From: Tubiluchus corallicola
Lineage: Eukaryota > Animalia > Priapulida
Assembly (NCBI GenBank): GCA_030141605.1
Contig: JAQGDQ010000005.1
Span: forward strand, 248,001 to 312,000
Direction: 5' to 3'
DNA length: 64,000 bases
In this document: positions 52,301 through 64,000 of the stretch, piece by piece
How positions within the stretch are numbered: the stretch's first letter is position 1
Layout of the letters: each line of letters begins with the position of its first letter
The notes under the pieces: model-generated
What the model saw: only the letters and a program-made list of their open reading frames with translations
What the model was told of the DNA's origin: nothing
Database searches by the model: none
Program-made: the position numbers and the translations under genes

Positions 52301-54237
52301 ACTACTGGCTTTTTATGAAACAAGCAAAGATTGGTGCAAACTTATTACCTTTTACAGTTGCAGTATTTCATTCAATAGAATATTTCAGTTTGCATTTTAT
52401 TCTGCTTTTTGTCAGCAGCTTATTTACTTGGTTATTAGTTTTTATTTATTTATTGTTATATTTCTTAATGCAACAGAAACTCACAGTATAGTCCACTCTG
52501 CTATTATACACATTAGTGTTTATTTGAGTTTACATATAGCAATCCATGACTCGATTGTGAGGATGGAGCAATAAGTCTGAATATGTTCCACAGCTCAAAA
52601 ACACCCACTATTTAATCAGTAACACTGAGTCAGAGGATAATTTTCATGCAATTGAAGTGATGTTTTATGACTTTATATATTTCATTTTTTTTTCACTTAA
52701 CAAACATATTTAGTGAATTACTTCTATAATTAAAATATGTCAAAATTAATACCAGAACAAAACATTATTTTCATGGTTTAGCTGCCACCATTACGAATTG
52801 AATTTGGTTTGGCACCAGTCCAGTAAAAAATAAATAAGTTAAATTTGTTTTTTTTTTCAATTTGCTGTTCTTTTTCATATCCCTTTGTTTTTGAATTTTT
52901 AAAACATTTACAGAAACTGTGGTGACACCTAAACAGTGCACTAAAATATGTTGTTGCAAGTTTAGGTTCATTCTTTGAGCTATTTAATGTTATCCTTTAG
53001 CTAATGATGACTAGTATTAGTTATATTAAAATTATGTAACAGGGAAAATAGAACACGCAAGAGTTCAATAATTACCAACATCTAAGTGTCAAACAAACAA
53101 TCCAGTCGAACTTTTTGTACCGTTGTAGTTGGCATTTTACAGAAATTTTATCATTAGTATATTTTTGATACTGTTGTACCATTTATTACAAATTATTTAG
53201 AATAATTAAATAAAAATGAATTGTATTGTTTTCTTTTACATTTCATTAATGTTTGTTAAAAGAATGTAGAAAATGTGGTTTTCATCATAGTCTCTACAAA
53301 ATAAAATCTCTAATTTTATTTGTACAAAAAGTATTTATTACATAAAAGTTTTTTATTAGTAAAGATGAGTTACAGTGTTGTAAAAAAAATGCACAACTTT
53401 ACAGAGATCTGCACATCTATCTACTTACCTACTTATTTACCTAACAAACTATTATCGGCAGAAATATAATACATATATCCCTAATCTGTCCATTTTATGA
53501 GCAAAATGTTTATAATAGATGCCAAAATTGCAGTAACCTACAAAAGAAATTAAAAGGAATGTATAAAACAATACTGCATTACCAAACGATATGTATGTCT
53601 GGCGCTCTGACATGCTATCAATGACAGATAATTGACAGCACCAGAACTTGAACGTAATGCTACTTTAACAGAACTGTACAACTGTAATGGAACCTTTCAC
53701 CAGAAATTGAAACGTAATAAATAATAGTGTGACGAGGCAGTTTGAAACAAAATGTCCCAAGGTTGACAAATTGCCGTTGCACACTGCAGGTTCACAATGA
53801 CAAAGATAATGATAATACAACGCTGCATATACAAGCCAACAAACAGTGGTCCAGCGGACATTTGGTATGGGTTTCTAGAGATGAGCAGAAGTTCTGTCTT
53901 TGCCGGACTATTTGGCTCCAAATCCGAATCACACATTTTACTCGGTTCAGATTAAGTATTTTTAATGAAGTATCGTACAGAAGCCAAAACTCTGAAAAGT
54001 TGAAGAAACCATTGCTTTACGAGCTAATAAAAGTTTGCTTTTCTAATGAAAGTACATGATGAAAAATGCTTTTGGAAAGTACCTTATGAAATAATTAGAG
54101 CTGTAAAATACTTAAATTAGAAAAGCAGTTAATTGCATTTTTAAAGAAAATCGAAGAATTACCATATCACAATTTTTAAAGGCTTTATGCTATTACAGAC
54201 ACATAGTGACTAGTTTCAACGGGTATGTGTGCATTTA

Positions 54238-63543
<9,306 letters not shown>

Positions 63544-63951
63544 AAATTACCGGTTCTATTTTTTAACACAAAACATTTTTTTTACTTTTTTTCAAAATTA
63601 ATCTAAACTCATGAATCTGTACAACAGAGTAAACTCTAGACTCCTACGCCCACAGTGCCCTCTCGTGTCATTAATTTTAGTATTTTTCTTGTTAAATTTT
63701 GGCTGAATGAAATAATATACCTGCTTATTTCATGCATTGTCTGTAATAAGGTTTTCTTTAATTAACGGTTAAAGTAATTAAATTTAGTTTCTATATCTGA
63801 TTTTATTGGCATTTTTTTATAAAATAAAAAATGTAGTGTGGTGCCACTAAAAGGTAGCAGCACCGACTAGTACATCAGACTCCTACAGTAGCTCCCTTGC
63901 CTCGTCAGAGTAAGGAGTTGCCTTCTATGTAATTTTATTGCATTTTATTTT

Positions 63952-64000
63952 ATGGCTTACCCTGGTTATCCTGCGGGTGGTGGTTATCCCAACCCGTACG
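63952..64000 (+). CDS. 5' start of a Gly/Pro/Tyr-rich protein (annexin A7/A11-like or penta-EF-hand sorcin/grancalcin-like), cut by the window edge
   Basis: ATG GCT TAC CCT GGT TAT CCT GCG GGT GGT GGT TAT CCC AAC CCG TAC = MAYPGYPAGGGYPNPY. GC rises abruptly at the ATG. Only 16 codons are visible. Confidence 0.55.
   Translation, partial: MAYPGYPAGGGYPNPY

Overview
This is AT-rich, intron-containing animal (invertebrate-like) genomic DNA, not prokaryotic. Positions 1-22 kb have no recognisable intact gene. They hold degraded LINE remnants, a Helentron-type (HINE) element, tRNA-derived inverted-arm repeats and microsatellites. Positions 22-64 kb are gene-dense. Two paralogous 11-exon lysosomal/prostatic-type histidine acid phosphatases point away from each other (copy A, minus, 22362-33882; copy B, plus, 40187-51444). 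Between them lie a ciliary FAM183/CFAP144 gene with an intronless CDS and a decayed partial copy of it. Downstream are a complete 11-exon GCN5/PCAF (KAT2) gene (minus, 54238-63543) and the first codons of a divergent Gly/Pro/Tyr-rich gene at the window edge. A TIR-intact Tigger/pogo element sits in intron 5 of copy A. Best leads: a compact bidirectional promoter with an RFX X-box next to MiT/TFE-type E-boxes; a candidate alternative transmembrane last exon for copy A; asymmetric divergence of the two phosphatases; and a fold-back repeat with tRNA-like arms. All exon models were built by eye from GT-AG sites and recalled protein motifs. No database search was run, and I cannot claim a wholly new biological system.
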